Below are positions 44,480-59,863 of a DNA stretch of 64,000 nucleotides, piece after piece. The stretch comes from the human T2T-CHM13v2.0 reference genome, Homo sapiens. A model generated the notes under the pieces. The model worked only from the letters and a program-made list of their open reading frames with translations, did no database searches and was not told the DNA's origin. The stretch is taken from the NCBI RefSeq assembly GCF_009914755.1, contig NC_060927.1. One strand, 5' to 3'. How positions within the stretch are numbered: position 1 is the stretch's first letter; each line of letters begins with the position of its first letter. The position numbers were made by a program, and so were the translations under genes.

Positions 44480-45250
44480 GGCCAATAAGCAGGACATAGA
44501 GAGAGAAGACTGGGAGAAAATATTTGCATGTTATATTTCTCATAAAGGATTTCTATTTAGACTATGCAAAGAACTTTTACAGCTTCTTAATAAGGAGAAC
44601 AGAACCCAATTTAAAAAAGGTCAAAAGATTTGTCTAGACATTTCACCAAGAGCACAGGGAAAGACACTGAACATCATCAGTCAGTAGGGAAATTCAAATG
44701 AGAACCACAGTGCTATACCATCTTGCATCTACCAGAATGGCTGTATCTGAAAAAGACAGACAGTAACAAGTGTTGCTGAGGGTGGTGAAAACAGGACCCC
44801 TTATACACTGATGATAAGAATTTAAAATTACGGTACAGCCACTCTGGAAAGAGTTTGGCAGTTTCTTAAAAAGTTAAAATCAAATGTATCATATGACCCA
44901 GTAGTTCCACCTCTAGGTATCTAGCCACAAGAAATGAAAACTTATGCCCATGCAATGACTTGTATGCAGTTGTTTATAACAGCATTATTCATGATAGTTA
45001 AAAGCAGAAAGAAGCCAAGTGCTGACTGGAGAGTAGATGAGTCAACTGTGGTATAGGCAAAGGATGGAATATTACTCAATAAAAATAAGTGAAATACAGC
45101 TATTGTATAGATGAACCGTGAAAACGTTTTGCATGAGAAAGAAGCCAGATACCTACAGACTACATGTGTTTAGGTGAAATGTCCAGGAAAGGCAAATCTG
45201 TAGAGGCAGAAAGTCGATTAGTGTCTGCTGGGGTTGGGGGCAGGAGTGGA
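44480..45250 (+). mobile_element. Old L1 (L1M-type) 3' fragment
   Basis: gactgggagaaaatatttgca...catatgacccagtagttccacctctaggtatc...aggcaaatctgtagaggcagaaagtcgattag. Confidence 0.8.
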
Positions 45251-45839
45251 GGGCATTAAAGATATTATTGTTTTGCTCCTTAATCCTGTGTTACTGTATG
45301 GTAAGGCAATTCTTGAATTATAATTGCTAACTAAAGATAAGGAGTTATTCTTGTAGTGTTAAAGATCACGGAATGTGAAAGTCAGAACATGCTAAATTCT
45401 GGTAACTAAGAGATCACAATAGACTTTTGGGAAATCTGCTTGCCCCATAATCTTTTGAATCATGGGAACAATAATACCTACTTTATAGTATCTAGCATCC
45501 CTCCTTCATGAGGCTAAATTGAATATACATTTATAAATTAAGTGCTTTATAAATGCCAGTTTCTGCTTCTGTTATTTCCATTAATCTTTGCCTAAATTAA
45601 AGTCAAGATCTTGTTACTCTTATTGGAACTCTCTGGTTTAACCAAACTGCAGACTGTCAGCCATATGCCTGAGTTTAATTCCCTACTTTTCTTCATACCC
45701 ATTCCTGCCCTGTGAATGGCCTCCTTTCTCCCCTCTCTCCCTACCTTGGGAATCTCTGCTACTTCTTCAGTACCAGCCATAACCTGATCTCTTTCATAAG
45801 GTCGTTTACTAAGAGTCTGCTCATATTTCAGGCCCTGGA

Positions 45840-47240
<1,401 letters not shown>

Positions 47241-47309
47241 GATAGATAAAGGATTAATGGAGGGTTTTCTTAAGCATATCATTCAATGTCTGGCATTTAA
47301 AAATGTTCT

Positions 47310-47591
47310 GGCCAGGCACGGTGGCTCATGCCTGTAATCCCAGCACTGGGTGGCCGAGGCTGGTGGATCACCTGAGGTCAGGAGTTCGAGACCAGCGTGG
47401 CCAACATGGTGAAACCCTGTCTCTACTAAAAATACAAAAATTAGCTGGGCATGGCAGCGTGCACCTGTGGTCCCAGCTATTCGGGAGGCTGAGGCAGGAG
47501 AATCGCTTGAACCCGGGAGACCTTGCAGTGAGCCGAGGTCATGCCATTGCACTCCAGCCTGGGCGACAGAGTGAGACTGTCTCAAAAAAAA
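47310..47591 (+). mobile_element. Alu
   Basis: Full dimer from ggccaggcacggtggctc. Confidence 0.92.
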
Positions 47592-50545
47592 ATTTTTTTT
47601 CCAGCTTGGATTAAAAAAAAAAAAATCCTGCCTTGACCTCTAGCCAAGTATGGTGGCACCGTGGTGGAGTGTATAGAGCAAGGATTTGATTCTCTCATTC
47701 TCTGAATTACAGCCCCAGCTCTGTTGGTTTTAGCTTCTAACCCTCCATTTCTGCCTGTATAAAATGGGTATGAAGACTCATCCATTATAGGTTGACTGCG
47801 AGGTTAAAATGATGAACGTTTACAAAGCAGCCTGTGTACTTGCGCAGGGTGGAGCTGAAGTCGTTTTAGTTCCTGCTGTATATCATAGGTACACAGTTGA
47901 ATTTATTTAGCACTTCATAGGCTGGACAAGGGGGTTGAGGGGGGTGGATCCTTGCACCTTGTTTATGCTGAGATGGCTGTGTGGCTGGTGGCCTCAGCTG
48001 CCCTCTCAGGAGTCATTTGACTGATACTTTTGCTCCAATAGCTTGCCCTTCCTTTAAATTGTCTCAGAGCCTTACCTGCCTGCTGTCTTTCTGAATGATC
48101 AGTGCCTCAGCTTCAGCGCTCCCTGTGTGCTTTTACTACAGTGGCTCTGCATTGTCTGCATGTCCCAGCACTTGCAGGGTGTTGCAAGGAAGATTGCTTC
48201 AGTGGTAGTAAAGGGCTTGGTTCCAGGACCTGGATCCCGGGCGGGAATCCTGCCCTGCCACCTACTGTTCCTTCAGCTGAGAGCTGATGAAACCACACAA
48301 GAATGTGATGTTTGTGGTAGGCCTAGGTTTCACAGTCATTCCTGAGGTTAGATGGTATCGCTGCTTAGAGACCTGTTTTTTTTCCAGCCACCCATAGGTA
48401 TTTTCCTTTGGCTATTTTACTAACCATGTTTCTTTGTTGTTGGTTGTAAAATGAGGTTGGTGGAAAAGGATTAACACATTCTCAGTTTCTCCTTGCTTTT
48501 GGACCCCGAACTTGGTGGTTGATACCTTAAGCAATCTTCAGAGCTACCCTAGGACCTAGATATATTTCCACCCCCGCCAGGTAGGAAGATACGAGATTCA
48601 GACAGTTTAATTAAGTTGCCCTGACTCACACTGTGAGTAATGGGTAGAGCTGGGATTCATATCAAATACAATAGAAACTGAAATTGCAGTTCTATTATAC
48701 TGTTGTGGAGTAAAAGTGAAGAATGATTCTGGGGGGTTATTTTAGAGGACAGGAAGTGGGAGGGGGGCAGTATTGGGCAGAGGTAGGAGTCTGTTTTCTC
48801 CATCAAGCTTGTGAAGGAACTGCTAATCTTCCAAACTAGAGGTCTAGTTTTATTTGGCCTGAACAATGTTGAAAACATCAGGAAATTTCACATAAGAATC
48901 CAGATTTGGAACCCATTTTGAAAGATGAGAAGATTTGCTAGCATCCAGCATGAACAATCCAGCACTATTAGTTGCCTCTTCCTGATGGGGAAGTGAGCTC
49001 TCTCCAGTTCTCTGGCTCACAGCATACGCGTTGACATCCCTGGGCCACCTCTTTCAGGAGCATTACCTGCCGGGTCCTACAGTCAGTTGATTTGGCAATG
49101 ATTATTCCGCTTATCATTTAATCTTATGTGGCTATACTTAACCTCTATAGATCCCCAATTGTTCTACTTTGATTATAAATGTATCTTTCCCTTCTTCTGT
49201 GTCTCTCCTCCCTGCAAACGCCTGATTTTTCTTGTATTACTGACCATCACTTAACCATTTCTTTTCAAATGGTTTTTCTTATACCTCTTAGCAACCCAGA
49301 AAAAAGTAGTGACAGGAGGTCATGTTGATTAGTTCACACCTGAGAATGTGTTAATAGTCACAGTGGAGCTTTTCTCTGTGCCTGCCCCTCTACTGGGGCC
49401 TTTAAGTGAAAACCCTACTGATTGTGTTATAAAACTGCTTTCGGTGGGGAAAAACTGAGGTTTCTGGTGTTACGAAAAGCTTCTGAGTAGTGGAATAGGG
49501 ACTTGACCCCAGTTGTGTTGGATGCCCAAACATTTGCTCTCTCCCCAGAAGGGCTATGGGAGGACAACATCCAGGACTACTGAACAGCTACTTTGGACAC
49601 CCAGCCTTGTGGTCCACACAGAGCCAGCCTGCTGTTGCAGTTCACTGGATTGGATCTTGGCATGGGTGGGGAGTCATTTGTACCACGCCGGGGGAAACTC
49701 TGTCAGCAGGAAGAGCAGGCCGGTGTGCCCTGCCCTGCCATGGCAATGCTTTAACTCTCCCTGGGCTTCATCTCTCTTGTTATTGCCCTCTGGTCAGGAT
49801 CTTGAAATATCAGTGCCAGTTAAATGCTGGCTCCCTAAATGCAGTTGCTCATGATTAATTTTTGACTTAGTGTTTGGTAGTGGTGGTTCTCAAATGACAG
49901 AGTTATAATATCAATATCTTTGCTATCTGTCCTCCACTCTCCAGTTTTCCCTCTAAAAGCTCACATCTGAAATTGTAAGAATTTGAGATCTGAAGGTTTA
50001 TTTTGCCACTTTAGTTCTGAAAAGCTATACTGAACTGATTGATTATATAGAGATATTGATGTAGTTCCTGCATTTTTGTGGTAAAGAGATAGTCTTCACA
50101 AAAGCCATCTGATAGAAAGTTTATTTGAAAGATACAGGATCTCTTCTATTTTGGAATCACCTATAATCTAAGAATCTTTCTCAGTTTAAGCCTGACTTTA
50201 TGTGTATGTGTATTTGTAAATTTATGTGTGTTTTTCAACAATGCTAAGATTATAGCTCTGCTGAAGGCCTGGGGAAAGAGGCAGATTACCTCACTGGTTA
50301 TGAGTTACCTCTTATTGTAATGGAATTAGGTCACTGTATTCATAGCACATTTCATTAATGCATGCATGGAGTTAGTCTCCTAAATGTGTTGGAATGCAAA
50401 GCACAGCAGCCCTTCATTCAGGTTTTTCAGGTGCTACACTGATGTTCTGTTCTCATAGTTTTGCTGGTACATGTAGCTTACAAATAGACCTATTTTGGTT
50501 AACAATTTAGAGTTAACTTTTTTTTAGGTGACCTCAGGTAACTTG

Positions 50546-50548
<3 letters not shown>

Positions 50549-50589
<41 letters not shown>
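50549..50589. repeat. (TG)n microsatellite
   Basis: Pure TG run. Confidence 0.95.
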
Positions 50590-50591
<2 letters not shown>

Positions 50592-51131
50592 AGAGCAGAT
50601 GGGGGGTTGATGTAAAGTGGATTGTAAACTCCCTGAAGACAAGATTTGTGTCTAATGGTTCTTTATAACCTTAACCTCAAACCTGACTATTCTTTTTGAC
50701 AAGTGAGGGAACTGAGCAGGATTCAACAACCTGCCCAATACCACACAGATGGTGAGAGGCAAAACCAGGAAATGAGCTCTAGCTTTTAAGACCCCAGAAC
50801 AGGCTGCCTCTGTGGTGTTGCTTTGCTGGCCTAGTGGAGTGTCAGAAGTAGCTTCCCTGGTAGAAAGTGTTCTAGACTGAGATTCCCTGACCAGTGCAAA
50901 GTATCCTAGACCTGGATTCAGTAGGCAGCTGTTAAGTTTTTGGCTCAGTCTGTGACCCTGTTAAGCATTGTACCTCACAGAGCTTGAGCCTCCTCATCTA
51001 TGAAACAGGGAGAATAATAAATACCTGACGTACTTCCCAAGGGTGCTGTGTGAATGTGGTAAGAAAACATATGTTAAGTCAATTTTATATTGTAAGTGCT
51101 ATAGTAATGTAAAGGTGTAATTCATGGCAAG

Positions 51132-51396
51132 TATACTTTGCTTAAACATATTTCTTAAAAAGCATATTTAAGAAATATGCTTTTCTTAAACAGAAAATAA
51201 AAATACACTTTTTAACTCAGTAAGTTGTAAAATTTGAGTAAAATTCCTACTACTCACATTACTATGGCTATTGTGAGTCAGATCAGGAGATCTGTATCAC
51301 ATTACTATGTAGTTGTGAGTAATAAGAATTTTACTCAAATTTTACAACTTACTGAGGTGAAACATGTATTTTTATTTTCTGTTTAAGCAAAGTATA
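51132..51396. repeat. Long nested inverted repeat
   Basis: 74 nt arms 51185-51258 and 51314-51387, 68/74 complementary, plus an outer extension. Confidence 0.93.
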
Positions 51397-52117
51397 AATT
51401 CCATATAGGTAACTTCTGGATCATTTATGTAAGAGGCTAGTCAGTTTAGGGGCCACAGTCCCAGTAGCCAACATAGTGGTTTTAAATGAATATGTTCTAA
51501 ACTAAATACATTTCAAGTGACTTCTGGCCCTTAAAGATATTCTTAGAATTCAAGACTCCAGGTAAAGTCTTTAGTTGTTTGATTACTGTTTACTAGGCTA
51601 TTAAAAGATGCAGAATGCTTTTCACAAGTTCATGTAGATGCTGTTCCTTGTTTTGGAATAGCATCCTGTGGCTTAAGCATTCTACTTAAGAGTTATAATT
51701 ATTCTTCATGGTGGTGGTGGTGGCGTCACCTTGATATTTTAATACAGTCATCATTATAGTTTTCTGGGCTGTGGGATATGGTGCAAGTATTCTCCAGACC
51801 TTTCCATTAGAACTGTTGTCAGGTTAGCTACCCTTATTCTTGTAATCACAGCTTAACCAAACCTTAATGCTGTTTAAGTTAATGGAGTAAGACAATTACC
51901 TAAGAGAGCATTTTTACTTCAATTTCATCACTTGTCTTCACTGACAATTTTAAAATTCTCAAGTGAAGTCTTTAATATGAGTGGATATTTCACCTTTCTT
52001 AATCAGCATCAAACGTTCACTCTCATTTTTCTCTTCTCATGAATACAAATAAATAACCCACCCTCACCCATATGTAGTAAAAGGATCTGGGATCACATAT
52101 AACTCATTTCATGAAAT

Positions 52118-52162
52118 ACACGCACACACACACACACACACACGCACACACACACACACACA
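52118..52162. repeat. (CA)n microsatellite, interrupted
   Basis: CA run with two CG interruptions. Confidence 0.9.
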
Positions 52163-54747
52163 ACGTTTCTTCAAAGTAATTCATACTTCAGTGAATTTAT
52201 CAACTTCTGGCATTAATCATGTTTTAAACAATGTCTCTTAAACTAATAGGAATATTTGAATTAAAATATTTTTCTCTGGCTTGATTTATAGATGTAGTAA
52301 CTTCCTCAACTAGGAGAAATAGTAACCTGTATATTTGTATTATCTTAATATTTGCCACATGCATTTTCCTGCTATTCACATTTCTTTTCTTGATGTCCTC
52401 TTCTGTCACAGTCTTCACTGGCTTACTGTCTTATATGGGATACAACTCAGGCTCCTCTGCAGGTGATGAGGACCTCCTGACCTGACCTGTATACCTGCCC
52501 ACTTTATAGTTCCTGCACCAGACCCTCCTTACCTTGCATTTTATCCTGAAAATCCCTTCTGCCTCTTATCTATTAGGCAAGCTCCCTATACCGCCTTCAG
52601 GTGTAACTCATCTGCCTCCTCTTCTCAGAGCTTTCCATGTTATCCCCATGTGCCACATAAGTGCTCCTCAGCCCCTGTGGTTTCCCATACCTCCAGCTGT
52701 TGTATTCTATTTTTGTTGTTTGCCTGACTACCAGAGTGTCCTTGCATCCTTTTATCTCCAGGGTCTAGCAGAGTACCTGCGGGCACAGAGTCAGAGTTCA
52801 AAAACACCTTTGACTTACTATTAGGCAGTCATGGAATTTGGCCTCCTCTCTGACTTAATTTCATTTTGGAAGGCATATGTCAGTTTTTTGTTTTTTATTT
52901 TTAACAATTTTTTTTTCTGCCTTCTGAAGTGAAATGGTACAACCCAGGGAGGGGTGGAGACAAGAGTAGGAATTGGCCATTGACCTGTGTAAGGCATGGC
53001 TGAAGACCAGGAAGAAGGCCTGATCAAACCATTAGGAGGCTAATCAAACGCTGGGCCTGCTGACATTTCTGAATAGCTCACTGTAAAGTTGGGGGAGCTA
53101 AAGTGGAGGGCTGCAAATTCAAATGCCAGCAGCAGCCCCACAGGTTATGTCAGTGAGGAAAGTCAGCCAGGTATAAGAAGAAACAACAGTACCAGTATGC
53201 TAATAAAAGACAGCTAGTATGTCTAACACTTATGAAATTTTCATAATTAGAATAAAGTACACTGGGGAGAAGGAGGCAGAAAGGTTTCCATAGAACAATT
53301 ATGAAGAAACAGCAGTAAGATGAAAATATTTAAAGTGAGCCACATGCCTGGACCCCATTATGTTGTCTTATCCTGCCTCTGTAAAATGGCTTTGCCTGGA
53401 TTAAGCTTTGAGTTGGTGTCTTCAAGCATTCAGCCCTTTTCACTGTGCCTACTCTTTGGGTGTTCAATACAACATTGGTTCTTTATGTTAAGACTCATGG
53501 GAGAAAGTTATTTCTACTCTACATAATAAGAATGGTGTTCTGTAGGCCAGCTATGAATTTATCAACACCAAATCATTATGCCTTCTTGTTTTCCTGTTGG
53601 AGTTGAGATCCACCTTAAGGCCCAACACCATCTGATAGGGATGAATGCATTTGGTGAACTAATTTCTCATATGGTTTTTAATTTCCCACCATTCTTTTTC
53701 CCAGGCTTCATTTGTTTAAATTTAAGTTCATTTGAATTAATTTCATATTAAGCATCTCCATAAAACACCTTATTTTTGTTGTTGTTGGAACCAGAAAGAT
53801 TATAAATAAATAATTATATGAGTACATTGGAAGGAGAGCTTAGTTGGCTTGAAGTTAATCAGGTTGTAATTGACAGAAGAGGAAAGGGAGGCAGTATGGG
53901 AAATGTACCATCTCTAGATAGGAGCTGGGGTGGGGAAAAACTTTAAGGGTAGAGTTGTTTGGCTTTGCCACCCTGGCTGTGAGACAGTTATTTTGCTGAG
54001 AGCATCTTCCAGGATGGGGAAGCCATCAGAGCAAGAAGTAGTGTACCATGACATTTATATTTCAGGTGCCTGCAACTTTGAGCACTCAAACTGAGTTCCG
54101 CACTGGCCAGTTGTTTAGTGCCTGTCTTATTTGCAATTTCATATAGACTGTAAACTGGATATAAACAGACCATGGTAAGATCCAGCATGACTCTGTGAAG
54201 GATTGAGTACATATTAGCATTTCTGGGTCTTAGGATGAAAAGTAGAGATAATACTTGAGGTATTGTACTGTTGGCTCTAGGCACAGAATGAATAGTTTTT
54301 AAAATTATATATATATATATAAACTGTGTGTGTGTGTATATATATATATTTAGTGTTGTTGTTTACATTATGAAATTAGAATGAATGTTTTAGGGTAAAG
54401 GGAATATTGATGTTTAGCAGATACTATAGTTTTATTTTTCCAGCAGCCATCATGGTATATGCTGACACATTGATGTAGTAATTACCTTTTAAATGGCATT
54501 TACTATTCTTCTATTAATTTGTTTTGCTATATATAATATAGGCATGTACCGTTTTGACCTAATGCAAGCCATTATCCTCTAAAAGTTTTCATTTTTTAGG
54601 TTTTTAAAATGCTTAGGTGTGACAACTAGAATACAATTGTAGCTGCGATTATTTAAGGATTGCATATTACTTTGAGCCACATTCTACTTCATCATGATAT
54701 GTAGCACTGTTTTCTATATAAATATATCTAGTAAACAGTTAATTTTA

Positions 54748-55067
54748 GGCCAGGCGTGGTGGCTCATGCCTGTAATCCCAGCACTTTGGGAGGCTGAGGT
54801 GGGCAGACCACGAGGTCGGGAGTTCAAGACCAGCCTGACCAACATGGTGAAACCCTGTCTCTACTAAAAATACAAAAATTAGCCGGGTGTGGTGGCAGGC
54901 ACTTGTATTTCCAGCTACTCAGGAGCTGAGGCAGGAGAATTGTTCGAACCTGGGAGGCGGAGGTTGCGGAGGTTGCAGAGGTTGCAGTGAGCCAAGATCA
55001 CGCTGTTGCACTCCAGCCTGGGTGACAAAGCGAGACTCCGTCTCAAAAACAACAACAACACAAAAAC
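54748..55067 (+). mobile_element. Alu with short internal tandem expansion
   Basis: Full dimer; gcggaggtt gcggaggtt gcagaggtt at ~54957-54983. Confidence 0.92.
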
Positions 55068-56570
55068 AATTGATTTTGCAGTTTTTCCCAATTTGTCTTG
55101 GAGCCGGTTTATCTAAAAAAGTTTTGAAAGGCCCAGTGATTTATTTTCAGTTTTATTTGTAATTTTGGGGCCTAGCAGGTCTGAGGAGGAACAAGATGGG
55201 GGACAGGTAGGTCATCCACCCCGAAAAGAGTATAGCAAATCCTCAAATGCCTACAGTCTAGAGGCAACAGATATTTATGCATTGTTTTCTTGGATCTCTC
55301 TTTTTAGTTCTCAGCCTGAGAGCCACAGAGCTTCATACTCTAGTATGTGCAAACAGTCCAAGTATTCTGTTAACTTTTTTCTTTCTTAACTAGATCATAA
55401 GCTCCTTTAGTACAGGGACTTCAGATCATTTTGTTTCTGCTGCCCTTTTGGTATACTGGCCTTTGCTTTGGAGGCATTCCGAATCTTGATATAGTCAGTA
55501 AAGGGTACCCTCTAGACTCAAGGACTTGGAAAACAAAGTTTCACTTTGTTATATGTCCTCCAGAGAGTTTCTCTGGTGGTCAAGAGACAGTAATATCTTT
55601 GACCTGAGAGCCTGTTCAGGCTACAGGGCAAAACCCTTTCTGGGAGCTTGAGAAGTCTAAGTGTCTATCTTGCTACATACAACAACAGTAAAAGAGCTCC
55701 CCAAATGCTGGCTAGTATTATTGTGTGCCTAGAAGTGTTCTAAATTACCTATGTATATTTTAATTTATTAAAAGGACTTTGGATTCACATTACAGGTTTG
55801 CCACTTACTTGGGCAGGTTACCCAACCCCTCTGTGCCGCCTTCTTCTGTAAAACAGCCCTCATAAGATTGTTTTGAATGAAGTATTACCATAGCATAGAC
55901 CTTTTATTCAAACTTGACATGTAGTAATAACTCAGTATTGACATGCTACTTGAGTGGGTAGTAAGAATTAGTACTCTAGTTTTTCAGATGAAAAAACCTG
56001 AGGCTTAGAGAGAATACTTGGAATACAATATACTTGGGCTATTTGCACATGTTATTTGTTCTTTGAGCAGATATGTGCTGTCGCTGGAGTGCTAGAGCTT
56101 GCCCTCATTAACACCACTAATGAGGGGCAGAGCCTGGATTTGAACAGAACGTAAGCCCATCTCAGTGCTGTGCTCCTAACTACCGCTCTGCTACTGCCTG
56201 CACAGAAGTTTGGTATTCATGTGCTGATTAGCACCTGATGCCTCCTTTGGGAAAACTACCAAGTTAAAATAGCTCCAACTTGATTGCAGGGGATCATGCA
56301 CCCAAGTTGGCCATTTATCTACTGTAGTCTATACTATGGTACTAGTATATGGTAAATATACAATAAGTCTATATCATTTTACATATGAAACTACCCACAA
56401 AAAGAGGTAACAGCAAATACAGCGTGGTTGACTGTGGGCAGTGGTTCAAGGTCAGAGCTGTGCTCCCTACTGTTATGCTTGTTAAGCCTCAGTTTGCTCA
56501 GCTGTAAAAGTGGATAATAGTAATTTATACCTTAAGGTTGTCTGAGTTAAAAAAAAAAAATGCATGATAA

Positions 56571-56971
<401 letters not shown>

Positions 56972-59079
56972 TCACATATCAAGCTAGATGTATATGCTAA
57001 TTATTGTTGTTTTAGTATTAAGGATAGAAGGACAGTTTGTGCCATACGGATCCTATCTAGTACATTAGAAAAGGTCATTTAAGGAGCTTTGCTCTTCTTT
57101 TAAAATGATGGAAATCATTAGAAATTACTGTTTAAGAGAAACTATAGAATCATTGATATGAATGACTTAATGTCATGGCTTACACTAAATGGAACTTAAT
57201 CAGTGCTCTCGCTTAAATGTATTTTAGTGTAATTTTTTAAATGTTTGGCCAATAATAATATTAATGAAACAAAATATGTTAATTAGGTACAAGATAGAGA
57301 ACAAATATTCTATTCTGCCTGTGTTTGCCATATAAGGAGGGAGAGGATTTCGTAATATTTGTAAGGTCAGAAAGAACCTGTCTTTCACCATTGGCCTGAA
57401 GCAGAAGGTCTGAGAGGTGGGTGCATCTCATCTAGTTTTTAACAGCAGGGTCACCTTGCATTTGCTTCTGCTCTTGCCTCCCTGCTTTAGATAGTTACAA
57501 GTATAAGAACTGCAGCTGGCACTTGTATTAATACTTGTATTAATGCAAAACTTTCAGCCAGGTAGGAAGAGCAAATACTACATTCATCTTCATCTTGTAG
57601 AGGAAGAATCTGAGACCTAGCGAAGTCGAGATTTGATTAACATCACGTAGCTGGCTAGGGGCAGAATTGGGAAGGTCCTCATTTGTGGCTCTACCCCATT
57701 TCCTCTCAAGCATTCCTGTGTGCTTGGTCCAAGCCTTGGGTTCTTTCATTACCAACCCCAGCGTCTCAGCATATCACCTGGATCGTGGGAATCTAGAGAT
57801 GCAAGGGGCCTCTAATGACCCTCTGATCTAATCCCTTCATTTTACCTGTGAGGAAGGGAAGTGAGCTCCTGGGGAATTCAGAGACTTGCCTAAGTCACAC
57901 TGATAATATTTGGTACAATCAGCCCTTAAACCCAGGTCATTTTGCTGTGAGTCCTGGGCTTTCTACTTTAAACCCAAACTACTGCCTCTTGCCTGCATAG
58001 AGAACATCTACCCTGGAGACTGGGGGATGCTTCTAGGGAGGTGACTTTACGTAGATTTCACCTCACTTCTGTCCTGTCTTCACAACCTTACCCTTTATTG
58101 GGCTTTGAGGGATTTTCATGGATTTTCCAGGCTTTTCTTATTTCAGGAGCATACAAGGAACTAATGGCCATTGTGGTCTCCTCTATCTTAACTTTCCTTG
58201 GTATTTTCTCAGAGTAAAGAGCTAAGCGTGAAATATTTTGTTGTTGTGGTTCTTAAAGAGAGTTAAATGCCAAGATATTAAGGAAGAAAAGCAGGCAGAC
58301 TCTGAAGAGCACAAACAGCACAACTCTAAATAAGAACATTCCTTTTAACTTAGTCTTCCTTTTCCCACCCACATCTCTGAATGCAGTAAATCCTCTTAGC
58401 ATGTTATCTCTGGTTAGGGCATTTTCTCAGTGTCTTCATGAAATAAAGATTTTCTGGCGGGATACTTTCTTTTTATAGGCTGTATCCTTAAATATGAAAT
58501 TCAGCCATCCATCTGCTCTTCTAGGCCCTTGTCCTTAACCCATGTATACCTGCAACACATTTCAAGTAGAGGTCAGAAACAAGAGTCTGAGGATGAGATG
58601 TTGCTGAAGGATTAAGAGAATATGCCTCTTTGATCCCTAACTTCATGGAGACAGTTAATCTCAATTGGCAGAAATAATAAATATCAACAGGGTGTCTGGC
58701 TTTTTTCCCCCCAGTATAAAGTAATATAGAACCAGATTTGTTGCTGTTCATATTGCTAGTAAATTGGAGAACAATTATGAAAGAAATCTCTTGTTAAAAA
58801 TGTTAATATACCTAACATAAAAGCAGATTCAACTTGAGAATGTGATGTAAAATTCCATAGCAGATAAATCTTAAAATAAGAAATCAAAAAGTCACTCTAC
58901 TTTAGGCTCATCTATCTTTTAAAAGTCCTTATTAAAATTTAAAAGAACTGAGATCTCCATGCTTGCTTCTTGTTTTCCTCATTGCAGTGAAAACTTCCCA
59001 AACAGTTTGAATGTGGAACAACAGTAAGCTGTTCCTAACCTGTTTGTCAGTCACTGGGCAGTTTTCTCAGTGCCTTTCC

Positions 59080-59099
59080 TGACATGTTTTAACATGACT
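59080..59099. promoter_or_regulatory. Candidate p53/p63 response element in GPR87 intron 1
   Basis: tGACATGTTT tAACATGaCT: two abutting decamers with CATG cores, 3 mismatches in total to RRRCWWGYYY x2. Confidence 0.5.
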
Positions 59100-59592
59100 T
59101 CTCCAGGGATCAGAATGAGGATTGCCCTGTTCTTTGTGGTACAATGAAAAGACTGAGATTATTTTATCAAAATGAGACAGTTGGGAAAGAGAAAAATCTT
59201 TGTCTCTCTCTTTAAAAAAAAACAATACGGATAAACGATTATGAAACAAATTTTAAGTTTTGGGTCCTGGGAAACAATTATAAGAGACTTTGACTTTTAC
59301 TCATCTAATAAAGTAAATGTGGTTTAAAAAAAAATGTACTAAATAGGAGTGATTGCCAAAACATTGTTTCTACTTTTGAAGGCACAATATGTAGTTTATA
59401 TTTCTGCCTGCCTGAGCTGGAAACAGTTGAAGCTTCATGGCTCACAGTGGTGCCTCATATCTTACTGTCAGCATTCTAATTTCTAGTTTTTCTTCAAACC
59501 TCAGAGTTAAGCAGAAGTATAATTACAGTTTTTAATCATTGCTGTGTCTTATCAACCACGGCTTTTAAGAAAATGAAAAATTTTTCGTTTAC

Positions 59593-59850
59593 CTTTCATT
59601 GTGGTGGCTGGCTGTCCATTCACCTCATACGGTGTCTTCAAGTTGAAACAGGTTTCTTGTCTCTAATTAAGAATAAGCTTTGAAACTAAGGTCGGCAGGG
59701 AAGTGGATTTTCTGGTAAAGCATGAAAACGAAACATCTCCCCTACCAGACAAGGTAGGTATCTCCCTTACCCCTTTAGAGATTGTCCTTTGGGGCACCCT
59801 TTCAAATTCTCCTGCCAGGCGACTACTGGAACAACTTGCTCTCTTGCTAA
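59593..59850 (-). other. GPR87: GPR87 non-coding exon 1 (5' boundary approximate)
   Basis: Donor AAG|gtaaac at 59592; ...cagccaccacaatgaaag is recalled as joining exon 2 (aaatcaaaccagg) in GPR87 mRNA. The TSS cannot be read from sequence. Confidence 0.7.
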
Positions 59851-59856
59851 TGTAAA

Positions 59857-59863
59857 TGACTCA
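59857..59863. promoter_or_regulatory. AP-1 site at the GPR87 promoter
   Basis: Perfect TGACTCA next to the inferred exon 1 5' end. Confidence 0.4.

Noticed and set aside
56102-56126. Hairpin ccctcatta-N7-taatgaggg
   Set aside because: A 9 bp stem inside MIR-like sequence; too short to distinguish from chance in 64 kb.
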